Of a stretch of 64,000 nt of DNA, positions 13,451 through 26,370 are shown piece by piece (positions within the stretch are counted from its first letter, which is position 1; each line of letters begins with the position of its first letter). The notes under the pieces were generated by a model, which had not been told where the DNA came from, made no database searches, and saw only the letters and a program-made list of their open reading frames with translations. The position numbers and the translations under genes are program-made. Origin of the DNA: Lama glama (taxonomy: Eukaryota); NCBI GenBank assembly GCA_028534125.1, contig CM052816.1:91390001-91454000 (forward strand). Reading direction: 5' to 3'.

Positions 13451-14825
13451 TTTCAACCATCTCTGTTCTGTTCCTGAATCCCAACAATGAATATAATCTA
13501 GAATGAGTTGGGACTCCTTGACACGTGTTAATTGACTACTCAGCCCCCCGACTGCACACAGCCATTAATTCCTGCCATCCTTGGGATTTCCGCCATACCT
13601 GGTGAAGCCTGAACGTTTAACTAGTTACTCTAGACAGGCTACTTTAATTATCTAATTATTTAATTATTTATGACTTTAATTATCTCCACCATTGACTTTG
13701 GAAGAACCGTGGGAGATGCTTTTTATTTTTTCATACTGAGCTGAGATGATGTAAGTAGGTAGATTTACATTGTTATTAAAGATTTACAACCCTTCAAAAA
13801 TATTCCCTCAATTTTTAGTGCTGTAATCAAGTTGTTAATTTGACTCCTTATAAAATGTCTAAGCCTACTAAAAGCAGATGCTAACCAAGGCAGGACTTTT
13901 GAAGATACTGTATCTTAAAGTTAGAACAAACACTGAATTGTATCACAGTGAGCAGTTGATGGGGTGAATTGATTTAATGTCAGTACTTATTAAAATCTTA
14001 CCTCTGCAATTAGAATCTTAATTCTACATGTCCCACTACATAAGACATTTGGAAATATTTGAAACCAAATATTTAGGACCAAAGAGAGGTCCAGAGGAAA
14101 CATAAGACCACCATATAAACGCTAAGACTTTTCATTCTTTAAATAAGCGCTTAGTTATTACTTATAAAATGTCTCTGCAGGGCATTAAAAAGTAGCTGTT
14201 ATAACAATCTGAAGAATATCAAATGGAGGCTTTGCAATTAAGAACTTAAGTTTAATTCTAGCTGCAAAATATTATAATTTGAAATAAAGTACAAAGTAAT
14301 TCATGTGTTAAAAATTAGTCTACCTGCCAACGTTTTCCTGTAAAAGATTTAGTTGTTAATTAGCAATATTTATAAGGCACATTATTGGCACAGGACTTCA
14401 TGGATTTGGTGAGCACTGTGCAGATGAGAAAAAGATTTATCTTAATTCTCTATTCTCCTTTCTTTAGATGTCAACTGAGCCCTATGTGCCCCTTCCACCC
14501 ACTGCTCAACTTAAAACCATCCATGCTTTATGTTAAAATGATGGCTCTTTTATTCTTTCATTAACAATTTCTCCTTGACTGCACCAGGTTGCAGTATTTA
14601 ATTTGCACAATAACTGTTAGCTGGAGTGATGTTATTTAAGAAAGCCAAACTCAACTAAAATAGTTAAAAGAGATTCATTTGAATTTTCTTACAGTGAACA
14701 CATATTCTGATCACTTTCTAGAGATTTGCAAAGAATGATTTTCTTGCAATCTCGAGGAGGAGACTCTTACCACGTTGACATAGTACGTACAGATTCCAGG
14801 GACAGTGTGTCTTTGTTGTGTCTTT

Positions 14826-14890
14826 TTATTTTTTTGCATTTTTTTTTTATTGAAGTATAGTCAGTTTACAATTTTGTGTCAGTTTCTGGT
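14826..14890 (-). mobile_element. Very short 5'-truncated young L1 3' end (~65 bp) with TSD
   Basis: Poly(T) followed by attgaagtatagtcagtttacaattttgtgtcagtttctggt. Flanked by gttgtgtcttt (14815-14825) and gttgcgtcttt (14891-14901). Confidence 0.75.
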
Positions 14891-17225
14891 GTTGCGTCTT
14901 TCTTTTCATGGAGAAAAGTGAAATGTGCAGGTTACCTCACAGGCCTCCTGGTGTGTGACGACTGAACCTGAAAGTAATTTGTACTAAATTTCTTATGACT
15001 TATTTAGGTAACTTTTCTATCCTTCACAGGGCAAACGTAGCTAGATTTCCTTATAATCAGACCATGTACTCTGGATTTCTGGGCATGGAGCCCTTTGACA
15101 GTGTAATGAAGCAGCAATCCATGAGGACTTACAGACAGCCAGGGAGCCCCAGCTGAGAGGTGTCCGTGGATGAAGCACTCTGAATGTCTCGGCTACTTTT
15201 GCAAGCTCCTAATCCACCCCTGGATGGCTGGCTGGGGGCTGGATTCTTCACTGCAGGCTTTACTGGGGAGTGATTCCATACTTTAAAAGCCACCTGGCAG
15301 GGGGTGGTTTGAGGGGCTCTTTACAGCACTGAGGGATTTAGGATATGATAATGATAAGATTTATTGAACTTGAACCCCGTGTCATCCCAGTTCTAGGACA
15401 GTTACATATATTATCCTCAATCCACACGACAGCCGCTTTACTGATGTTTAATATCCAAGTTGGCTTTTGGGCCCAGGGCTCAGTTCAAACGTCAGATGGT
15501 CATGAATATGCTATCAGCAGTGTTCCAAAGAAGGAGCGGTTGGCAGCAGCATCCTCACTGGAGTTGCATTTCTGCTTAATATGACATATCGCAGTTACCG
15601 AGGCCCTGTGGATTTGATGTTGCAGATTACAATGCTTGGTTTAAACTCCACTTTACTGTCACGTAACTGACAAGAAGCTGAGAAATATTCCTGCAAAGAA
15701 ACCTTAGATTGAAGGCAATTGTAATAATGCAAACTTAATCAAACAATAAGAATGTGGCTCAGTTGGCATTCCTGGTGCTACTGCTGCCATGTTTCTAGAA
15801 AAAAAGTGACAAATCTAGTCAGAGCTGACAAAAACGTCAGCCAAAAACTTGGAAATGATTAACAGATTATTAGAAATGTGAATTTTCATCTACTATTGTT
15901 AACTATGAATCCTGCCCCTAAGTGTATTGCTGTGTTTGAGATACAAACTAATGATTGTGTAAACCTCTGGTGTGGAAATTTATGCCCTGAGACCTCTGGG
16001 GCACCCCTGGATATTGGAAATTTTCAAGGAAAATACAGCGCCATCTGTCGGGAAGTGGGTGAATTACTAGCTCCAGATAATTCATGATTTCAGGTTTTTA
16101 AGATTCCTTTTGATGATAAAGTCAGATTTTTCAGGATGGCTGTGGTACAATGAAAGTGCCCATGAAGACAGAATTGGAACAGGGACTGGAGGAGACAATG
16201 TCTGCTTTCAGTCCAAAACTTCAGAAATTGTACGGTATCCAACAGGTCACAAGTTCTAAGTAATTGTGGTAATTTAATAATAACAATTATTGTTTTTTAA
16301 ATGGCTATTAAATTGTTAAGAAATATATACTATTAAGTTGCCTGGATCTAACTACTTCATAGACAGAATTGTAAGCTATTTCTTTTGGCCTGAGAGCAAA
16401 GTGAGAAAATTTATGGTGACGCTAAGGGCTCTGTGAACCAAAATAGTCTGGGAACCTTGGCTGTAAATTCATAATTACCAGGACCTTTTCAAAAATTAAT
16501 ATGCAAAACAGAAAGACAAATATCTTGCATTGTTTCTGTAAAGATAGTTTCAAGTCACATTTGAACAAAGCAGATCCTTTTTATTGAGGTGCCTTGAATC
16601 TTTTTGAAGGTCTTATGAAATCTGATCATTCTTACCACGTCTATAAGTTTACATTAGGCTCACTTCAGTTCTTATCTTGAGATGTTATTTAGCCTGAGTT
16701 GGTGACTGAATTTCCAAGAATCACAGCTTACCGTGGATTTGTTTATGCAAGTGAGCTGAAACAAGCTGGATACATGCCCCAAACTCCAAATTCCCTGTAG
16801 TTGAAGTGAATGGATGTGAATTTCTTTTGTAGGATAATGTGTTTCATTCTCGCCCATGGGAAGTAGCCATCTTTACTAACAGAGTATATAAGGAAAGAGG
16901 CCATGCCTCCAGTTTTGACTCCACTTCTAGAAAATATGCTTTTATATTTCCTGCATATCTATTTTCAGCCCTTTCGCTGGCCTCCAGATCCAACTCTCCA
17001 TCTCGTGTAGAACTGTCTGCCCCCAACTCATGGCTTTGTCGTCTCCTGGATTAAGGAAGCAGAGAAGTCATTTTTGTTCTAATCACTGAATCTCACCTTT
17101 GAATTCAGGTTGAATTAAACTCCCTCACCACATTCAAATACCATGCAATCAAATCAAGCCATAAAATAAAATCCTAGGTGTTCAGTGACAAGGCAGCACA
17201 GGACACATCCCAAGGCCATTCATGG

Positions 17226-17975
17226 TGTATGAGTTCACTGGGGCTGCTGTAACAGAGTGCCACACACTGGCTGGCTTGAACAACAGAAATTTATAGTCTT
17301 ATAGTTCTGGAGGCTGGAAGTCCAAGATAAGGTGTCAGCAGGGTTGGTTCTTTCTGAGAGCCATGAGGGAAAGGTCTGTTCCCGATCTCTGTCCTTGGTT
17401 TGTAGATGGTTGTCTTCTCCTGGGTGTTCACCTGGTCTTCCCTCTATATGTGTCTCTGTGTCCAAATTCCCTCTTCTTATAAGAACACCTGCCATGTTGG
17501 ATTAGGGCCTACCCTAGTGACCTCAGTCACCTGGTGTTATGGACTGAGTGTGTGTACACCTCTGAAATTCATGTGTTGAATTCCCAGTGTCTAAGGTGGG
17601 GCCTTGGGAGGTGATTAGGTCATGAGGGTGGAGCCTGTGATGGGATTATTGCCCTTATAAGAACAGGGAGGCCAGGGAGATACCCAGCTCTCTTTCACCA
17701 TGTGATGCTGTGATAAGAAAGCGGCCTGCCATCCTGAGGAGCATACTCACTGGAACTCAACCATGCGGGCACGCTGACCCCAGACTGCCAGCTTTCAGAA
17801 CTGTGGGAAAAAATTCTATTGTTAAAAGCCACCCAATCTGTGGTACATTGAAGTAATCGCCTGAACAAACCCAAGATACCTGGTAATACCTGGAAGGACC
17901 TGTCTCCAAATACGCTACTGAGGGTTAGAACGTCAGCACAGGAATTTTTCAGAGGGACACACTTCAGCCCATAAC
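17226..17975 (-). mobile_element. MaLR LTR (MLT1A/B-like) split by a second MLT1 LTR
   Basis: tgtatgagttcactggggctgctgtaacagagtgccacacactgg...gttctggaggctggaagtccaagat; resumes at 17884-17975 (...gggacacacttcagcccataac). Confidence 0.85.
17535..17878 (+). mobile_element. Nested MaLR LTR (MLT1A-like), opposite orientation, 5-bp TSD CCTGG
   Basis: tgttatggactgagtgtg...gaggtgattaggtcatgagggtggagcc...gccacccaatctgtggtac...aagata. CCTGG lies at 17530-17534 and 17879-17883. Confidence 0.85.
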
Positions 17976-18654
17976 GTGGGGAATAAATGGAACAAACAAG
18001 AAATGATGAGTTTGGAAGAGAGAAAGTCTTGCGATGGAGGAGGTGGATTCTGAGTTGAGTCTGAAGAGTGGTGGCTTTTCAATAGTGAGGGACAAGGCAA
18101 GTTCGTGAGGACGTGCCTCTGAATTTACGGACTCTGAGCATCTACACTGAAGGAATGACTCATTGTAAGTAACACGTGCAAAACTGAGATGCAAAACTAG
18201 CCTCTCTGCTTAATAAAGCATGTCTCCCTAGTGTTTTCTACAGGGAACTTGGACTTGGGTGGCCTGATTTTTCTCAAAATCTCTGCGGCCCTCTCCTTTG
18301 ATGGTGTGCCTTCCATCTGAAATCGGGCAAACAAACCTCCATTCCACTCAGCTCCTTGCCTTGTGGCCCAGGTGGTTTAATCTGCAATTAAGAAGGAACA
18401 CGTCAGGTAACCAAGGCAGAGGGAAGCCAGAGCCACTGTGGTGTGTGTGGTGTCATAAGGGAATGCTAGAGAGGAGGAGAATGCCACAGGGCTGCCAGAG
18501 CATCCAGACTCAATGGAGCAAAATCATCATGGCCACCATTTTGACATAGAAAAGCAAGGGTATTTGGAGGCACACTGAGAAGAAAGCCATTTTGTGAGTT
18601 TTTAGCATTTGTGTAATTCTCCTTGTTAAAAAATATTTTCCTAAATAAGTAATG

Positions 18655-19245
18655 TGTATGAAATGTACAGTGTATAGAATATAGTCAGGGACTGTGTAAT
18701 ATCTTTCTTTGGTGATATATCATAGCTAGACTTGTCATGTGATCATCTTGAAATGTATAGAAACATTGAATCACTATGTTGTGTACCAGGGACTAACATA
18801 GTGTGGTAAGTCAATTATACTTCAAAAACCAATCAACCAATCAACCAACCAACCAACCAACTCATAGGAAAAGAGATCAGATTTGTGGTTACGAGAGGCA
18901 GAGGGTGAGGGGAGGGGAATTGAATGAAGGTGATCATAAGCTATACACTTCCGGTTATAAGATAAGTACTGGGGATACAATGTACATGATAAATGTAATT
19001 AACACTGCTGTATGTTACATATGAACATTGTTAAGAGCGTAAATCCCTAGAGCTCTCATCACAAGGAAAGATGAAACTCTTTTTACTATTTCTTTAATTT
19101 TGTATCTATATGAGATGATGGATGTTCGCTAAACTTACTGCAGTAATCATTTCATGATATATGTACAAGTCACTATGATGCACACCTTAAACTTATGCAG
19201 TGCTATATGTCACTTATATCCCAAGAAAAATCAGAAGAAAAATTA
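18655..19245 (+). mobile_element. L1 3' UTR segments (two tandem 3'-end modules separated by an (ACCA)n tract)
   Basis: ...gaatcactatgttgtgtaccagggactaacatagtg...caattatacttcaaaaa, then ...ctagagctctcatcacaagga...gagatgatggatgttcgctaaac...caccttaaacttat. Confidence 0.8.
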
Positions 19246-19599
19246 CATAATTTTTTCCTTAAATATTACTTATTTCTGCTGGGCTTTTAAGAGATAACAA
19301 ACATAAATATCACATACGTGATGAACCCCAGTATCTCAGATTGCTGACCAAGGGTGGGTTCTAGAACTTGGGACAGTGAGCAGGTGGCTGCAAGGCTGCC
19401 TTTTACTGTGAAAGCAGAGAAGTTTGGCAGTTCTCTCCTGGGAGGCTCACCTCCCTCTCTCCAGACCCATGCCCTGTGCCTGCTTCAAGGCTTCCCAGGG
19501 AAAGCACGATGCTTAGCTCCCAGGGCCCAGAAGTTTCTTTCTGCCAAAGTTCTGAACAAGGCACTGGGGACTATGTGAGGCAATGTGTCATAGATGATG

Positions 19600-19810
19600 G
19601 ATGGGAAAGGGTGGGGACATCAGAGACAAATTGCTTATGTTTAAATCCAGTCCTACTGCTTTTTCGCTCGTGCCTTTTGGCATAGGACCTACATTCTCTG
19701 TCTCCTCGTTTCTGTCTGTAAAGTGTGGATAATAATAATATCAATTAGTTGAAAACCATACTGTGCCAAGAACCATACCTGGTGCAGTACAAGCACTTGA
19801 GAAAGTTGGT
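19600..19810 (+). mobile_element. MIR SINE
   Basis: ttaaatccagtcctactgct...ctctgtctcctcgtttctgtctgtaaagtgtggataataata. Confidence 0.6.
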
Positions 19811-20199
19811 GCTGTGATTACTGGCAGCTGTGACAGTGTACTGGAAATGATACTGATGGTGTAACTGATGGAGAGGCAGGAAGACTGTCTACTTCAGGAC
19901 AGGTATGAAGCCTTCGCCTTGCTTTCTGGATCTGTCCATGGACACTGACCCTCGGCTGTTGTGGCAGTGTCAGCTGTGACTGGGGACAGTGACATTATTG
20001 TTGTGATACTTACATGCAAACTTAGCCTTGTATAGTTAGGAGAACTTGAATTTATTCGGGTGTCCACTCAATTGTCACCACCTCAGGGATGCCTTCTGTC
20101 ACCACTGAATCTAAAGTGGGCACCTGTTCACTTATTACCTTATAACCCTATTTTAAATCTCTTTATGGTAGTTATTACTATCTTATATTTCCTGATCTG

Positions 20200-21385
20200 T
20201 TTCATTCATTCATTGAATTATTCATTTAACCAACATATATTGCATTTTCACATGTACCAGGCATTGTATTAGAGACATAGGGATGACAAAACAAGAGAAA
20301 GTCCTGGTCCTCGTGGGACTTGCATTCTAATGGGCATGGTAGATTAAAAATAAATAGGTAAATATATAGTAAATTTCGTATGTCAGATGATGAGAAACCC
20401 TATGCAGAAAAACAAAGAAGTGCTGGGCTGGAGTGGGGAGGTAGGTTTGCAGTTCTACAGAGTGTGTGCAGGGAAGGCCTCACCGATGGCTCACAGCTGG
20501 GCAGAGATCTGAAGAGAATGATGTAAGCGGATATCTGGGTGAGAAGTTCTTTTATATATTGGGAGCAGCAAGTGCAAAGGGTCTGAGGTGCAAAGTTTAC
20601 TTGTTGTCTTCATGTAACACTAAGGAAGTGGGTGTGGCAGGGGTGAAATGGATAAGGGGAGATGTACCAGTTAGCTTTTGCTGCATAATAAGCCATCTCA
20701 AAGCTTAGTGGTTTAAAACAATGACTGCTCATTTAGCTTAGTCAGCTGTTTGTGGCAGTGTAGCTGGGTCAGCTGGGCAGTTCTGCTGGTCTTGACGGGG
20801 CTCGCTCATGCGTCTCTGGCAGCTGTCAGGAAGCTGAGAGCTGAGTGGACTTGGGGACCTCAGGCAGGATGACTTGTCTCTGGTCCACATTGTTCATTCT
20901 TCTATAGGTTATTGGATGCTTGTTCATTTGGCAGGTCACTCCTGCCACATTCTGTTGGTCAAAGCAAGTCTCTTGGCCAATCCCAGATTCAAGGGGTAGG
21001 GAGCTGACTCTGCCTCTTGAAGCAGCAAACTGCAAAGCACTGTGACCGTCTTTTGCAATTTGCCCTAAGGAGAGTGGCAGGACACGAGGTCAGAGAGGAG
21101 TGCAGCCTTGTGAACTGTAAATGTAAGTTTATATTTTATTCATAATATAAGTGGTAAATGTAAGTCGGAAAGCCATCTGAGGGTTTGAAGCAGAGCTTTG
21201 ACATGATCTGAGTTAATAATTGGACAGTATTTCTCTGGCTGCTCTGTGGGGAGAGACCGTAGAGGGGCAAGGTGGAAGTTGAATGTCCAGTTAGGAGGCT
21301 ACTGCAGTCATCCTAAGTGATGCTTGGACTGGGGTGGTAGCGGTGAAGGTGGTGCGCACTGGCCACATTCTAGATATATGTTGAG
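20200..21385 (-). mobile_element. L2 (L2a-like) 3' portion, interrupted by an MLT1 LTR
   Basis: ttcattcattcattg...caacatatattg...tgtaccaggcattgtattag; ...gagggtttgaagcagag...gacatgatctga...tctggctgctctgtgggg...cagttaggaggctactgcagt. Confidence 0.75.
20663..21066 (-). mobile_element. MaLR LTR (MLT1) nested in L2
   Basis: tgtaccagttagcttttgctgcataataagcc...agcttagtggtttaaaacaa...cacattctgttggtcaaagcaagtc...cccagattcaagggg. Confidence 0.75.
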
Positions 21386-21389
21386 TGCC

Positions 21390-21540
21390 ATCCCCTGCTT
21401 ATTCTCTGTCATCTTAAATGAAAGCTCCTTGTGGGCTAGGAATGTTTTATTTTCCATGGTGTTCTCAGTACCTAGGACCATGGCTGGCACGTGGTAGAGG
21501 TTCAGTACATATTTGTTGAATAGGTGAATGAGTCCATGAA
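21390..21540 (+). mobile_element. L2 3' end (likely partner of the L2 fragment at ~20060-20190)
   Basis: aagctccttgtgggctagg...cagtacctaggaccatggctggcacgtggtagaggttcagtacatatttgttgaatag. Confidence 0.65.
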
Positions 21541-22199
21541 TCTGTTGAACTTTAGATTTCCAAGGTGGGCTTGTCCTCAGAAACTCCTCAGGGGAGCCCC
21601 CTGGCTCTGGGCTGCGCTGGATGCTGCAGGCCCCTGCTTGTTGCCCTTGGACTGTCTGCTGGGAGGGGAGAGACCAGGAGTCAAGCACTGAGCAGTGCGT
21701 GAATGGCCATAAAGCCGAGGGGAATCCATTTATGAAGAATTATTTAGTAGACAGTGCATTTTAAGCAAGTTCCTTTTACTTCATTTCATTCTGCATGTTT
21801 ATTTGAATCAGTGGGTTGAGTTTGTATTACTATAAATATAAGTAATAAAACACAGAGCCTTGGGTTTTTCTTTTTCTCGCCTCTAGGGATAATTGGTGGA
21901 ATACACTTCCAAGCAGAGGGTTCTTAGATGGTATTGCCAGCAAGTCAGTAAACATGGTTGCTCTGTTGGCTGATAGGACTTCAGCATCCCAAAACACATG
22001 GTCTTCATGGGCAGGCATCCTTTAACATTTTAAAATCCCAAGTCTTCCAGTCTTCATGGCTCTGGGAATTTGGATTAAAATCATTTTTTTTCCAAGTCCT
22101 ATGTGGAAAGAATGTCAGTGATTCCTCCTGCATGAGCTCTCCCCACCTCGTTAACAGACAGGAGCCAGCAGCCTATTCAGGAGTAATATTTCTCCTCTT

Positions 22200-22490
22200 G
22201 CTCCAGAGCTCAAAACGTGCCTTTTGATTGAAAAGGCTTCCCTGAACTCCTAAACCAAAACGAGTACTTTCTGTTTTCCTCCTTCAGAGCAGCCTGTGCT
22301 TTCTCACCACACTTGTCACCATTCATAGTTACATGCCAACTTTCTTGGTGCCATTTTTGGTCTAATATCATCCTCTTCGGCTAGCCTGTAAGCATCACGT
22401 GAGCAGGAACTTGCCTGTCTTTTCACCAACATACGTCCAGCATCAGGCCCACATTAAGCACTAAGTTGTATGCTAAATGAGTAAATTTTA
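22200..22490 (+). mobile_element. L2 3' fragment
   Basis: ctagcctgtaagcatcacgtgagcaggaacttgcctgtctt...ccagcatcagg...tgctaaatgagt. Confidence 0.5.
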
Positions 22491-25400
22491 TTTCCTAGTT
22501 TATTTTGGAAGAAAGCAGCCATCCATTTCTGTTAGCCTGTGACCTTCCTGAGGGACCAAGTCCAAATACGGATATAATTGTGCTCTGTTGCGCTGTGCAG
22601 AGCACTACCTCTACTCGTATGTTGTTTTTTCCGGATGTATAAATGGAAGTTAGTTCAGGACTACAAAGAAAGGAGCTGGTCCTGAACACGTCTACCCAAA
22701 TGAGCCAATTTAAGGAAAGTTTGTGCCATTTTATCAGATGGTTTTAAAAGGTTAGTGAGTAAACATGCCGAATGGGTACATAGTCAGGGATAAATAATTC
22801 ACAGCATCCCAAATGAGCCATATTACAGCACAGCCGATTCAGTCATATTTTATTTATCTCTGGATGGAAGAAAATCAATTTGAGGAGATTTCCAGAGCAG
22901 TCCTGGTATCCTGGTGCTTAGCTGCTCCCCCTCCTCTGTGTGTTAAGTTAGGTGGTTCTTTTCAGGTAAAACAGCTGTGCAACTCATCCTTTCTCTTGCT
23001 CTTATTATCTCGCTGGTAAAATCCTCACTGCAGGCGCTACTGCAGTGTGCACATTTGTCCTTCTTAGTGTATTTCTGACATGCAGTTTAAATAGTTGCTC
23101 TGAAGTTCTAATTGCCAGAATCACATTTACGTTGGAGCTGAGGTCCCCTGCGTTATCTGTGTCTTCCTTGAATGTCCTAGCTGGACAGCACCAGCTCTTC
23201 CCCTTGAGCTCTTATCCCTGTGCCTGAAAAAATTCTGAGCCCTTCCTACTGTCGGACTCTTCATGAATTGATGGCACTGCGTCTGAGAAAGCAACTTCTC
23301 TTATAAGGGTGCTTTTGGGGAATTTTACCCCCAAATCCAGTTTCTTAAACATTTGTCCATAATTTTAGATAATTTTGTCCAGAGCCATGAAAACTGGAAG
23401 CCTTGAGATTTTAAAATGTTAAAGGATGCCTATTCAGGAATTTTATGTGTTTTGGGATGCCGAAGTCCTGTCCACCATTGCATAGGGTTATTTATATCTT
23501 TGAAATCTTTCCAAATATTCCAAAATGTAATGTCACCGTGCACGGTAGGATAACACCTTTACTTGTCATTCCAGTAGCCTAGATAAATTTTCCTAAAGTC
23601 CTCATAAGATCTTTTTACTCTGTCAAGGCAGACAAAGTACAATCACTATCTCCACATCGCGTTCTTTTGGAAGTTCGTATGGCAGCAGAAACGATTTTCT
23701 AAGTCACCTGTAATAACCGTTCCCTACAATTTAGGAGTGGGGGCGACAGTGAACCATGTGAGGTACTCAGAGTTGTTTGATGAGATCGTAAGCAGGAAAG
23801 GTGGGCGATCCTAGCTCCCCGTTAAATGGGTTACATGCTGTTAAGGCAGCATCATAGTATATTTCCTAGTGAGAGGGAAGCTCAGGCTCCAGGCACTGAA
23901 GTGCGGTCAGTTTGATTTCTTAGAGGGAGATTCAACTTTGCGGTTACCGGCAAATGGGATTGAGGACCTAACGCCAGGAATACTGTTCACTGACTGGATA
24001 TACTTAAACATCGAGAGGATGATTTTCTTTGTGGTCTGCAATGTCTCTGTTGACGGTCATTAATAATTACAGGCACGTTCCAAAGGCGCGAATCATGCCG
24101 CTGACTTTGACCGTCTCCCTCTCCGTGATGCTCAGCCTCACGAAACACGTGTCACCCCGTACTTACTAGACTCTGTAGTTCCCGCACAGGAACCTGAAAA
24201 CCCAACCTCAACACGGTTGCTTGGACTGAAATCTTCCCAGGAAAAAAAAAGATAAAGAGCTTTCAAAAAGTGAACAATCTCCAAGTTTCAATTTAACCGG
24301 TACAGAATTTTTAAATAAATCTTTTTATTCCTTCCCTCTTACCCAATTTGTGAAAAATTCTAGGTGACTCCTAACCCGCGTGCTTCCTGGAAATGCTTCT
24401 TTAAGAAATAATATTCTCCTTGCTTGGCTGTTGCTTCTGTCCTCTCGTCTGCTTTCCAGGGCTCTTAATTCCGGTTAACTGATGAGTTAATTCTTCTCTC
24501 CTAAACTCACGAGGCTGTGGCATCGAGCTGCACTTGACAGTGCCCCTCAGCTGCGGAGAAAGCCGGCAGTTCTGGGAAGCACGCGAAGAGGCTCTAAGTG
24601 CGCATCGAATGCAAGTTGTTGAGACGGAAATCGATGCGTTAAGGAACGAGAGGGCGCTCGTTAGAAAATAATGGTTTAAATTAGACTCACACATTTTATC
24701 TTAATAAGTAGACCAACTAAATGTTTCATTCTAAGTTATGCTCGTTGCAAAACGCCCTTTACAAAGTTCCACCTCAGCCTCCATTAAAAATGTTAACTGC
24801 AGAGTCAAGACTCATAACCTTGCTCATGAACCTCAGGGATGACAGCAATTTATTCACTAGAAAAGGATGAAATCATCACAAAGGGTGAGCTGTGGTGTGC
24901 AGGTTAAAGTTACCGAAAATACCGTCAACTGGAAAAGCTTAGGTTCATGGCTTTTGATTCCAACGCACAGATTTTTTATTCTTCAAAGAACAATCCAAAT
25001 AATCAAAGTAAGTTTAATCAAGGGAAAATCTGAGAAAGCACACTGTATTTTATTTCCATATTAATAATTAAGACAGCCATGTCTTTTTGATTATAAAAGA
25101 CTTTCAAAAATGTCAGCCATGTGCGTATGTCAGCAGACCCTCCAAATCTACTGGTTGAGCAACGTGACACTTCTGGACCAAAAGGGGAGATTACCACTCA
25201 GGAGCAAGGATGCTTTCTGGGAGACAAACAAGCTGATAGTTCAAAAAAAAAAAACAAAAAACATAAGGGGAGCATGTTGTTAATTGACCTGCAAACATAA
25301 TCACTGCACAAACCAAAGAGAAAAATTTCAGATTCTAACCTCTTTCTGTATTTTTTTCTTCAGTTGCATAAATCTTAGTTTATCTTAAAACCAAGGTTTC

Positions 25401-26239
25401 TGTTAACTTTTAATTTTTGCATTATAAACCAGCTCTGTGAAAAACAAACATAATGGTCTTCCTCTGAAAACAAAAGTATGCTCTTGATATAAAGTATTGA
25501 AATCAGGAGGGAGGATTTTATTGTTAAATGTTTCTCAAAGACATCATAGTGTTTAGGTTTTATACCCTTCTTTTATACCCTTCTTCTTCCTCATTCAAAT
25601 TCATGTATTTTTTTACTTAACTAGAGGAGACAGCCACTGATCTAATTTAAAAAGATTATCCTTTCAAAATTCCATGTTTTTAAAAGCTGAGCAGCAATAA
25701 CATATTGAGTCTCTTCAGTATGCTCAGGAATGCTAGGAATGTTCTTTTAAAGTTTAGCCATACTTTTCATTTGGTCAGTACTCAACATTAATTACGGTGT
25801 TGTATTGAAATGATAAGCTGTACTTTACATGTACATTACCACATTTGCAATTGAAATCTCCTCCACTCCCACCACCAAAAGAAAAAAACTAATGATACTT
25901 TGAATATTGCCAACCCAACATATAAAGGGCTTTCTATAAATCATGTTAAGCTACTAACAATTTTAAGGAGAAACAATATGCCTGCCAGAGTAATTTTATT
26001 TTAAATGTATCACGTAATGCCTAGACTTTAGTTAACTGGTGGTGTTGGCCATATATTAGCAATTTCCTATCATGGATATCACACAAACCATGCTTTCCGG
26101 CTGTGTCATTCTTTTTATTTGTTACCTCTTGATATTAAATGAATTATCTCCACAGAACTCAAGGAATATAGTAACTATTACTTCAAAGGCTGGAGATTGG
26201 ATATGTAAATCCACACTATTTTCTGAGACTGTTGTTAAT

Positions 26240-26369
26240 TATAATGAAAAGATCTGCAACTTTTATTATGTTGGCATTAACTAGCTGTGTGACCTTGGGT
26301 AAGTCACCTTACCTTTGTCCTCAGCTTCTATAAAATGGGAGTTAGGACTAGATTGTTCCAAGTGCTTTT
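26240..26369 (+). mobile_element. MIR (tail continues at ~29541-29575 after the L1)
   Basis: ctagctgtgtgaccttgggtaagtcaccttacc...ctataaaatgggagttaggactagat. Confidence 0.7.
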
Positions 26370-26370
26370 T

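Noticed and set aside
13026..13477. ORFs with RQRQ/RDRD/ETET repeats
   Set aside because: Translation of the (AGAGAC)n microsatellite inside decayed LTR sequence.
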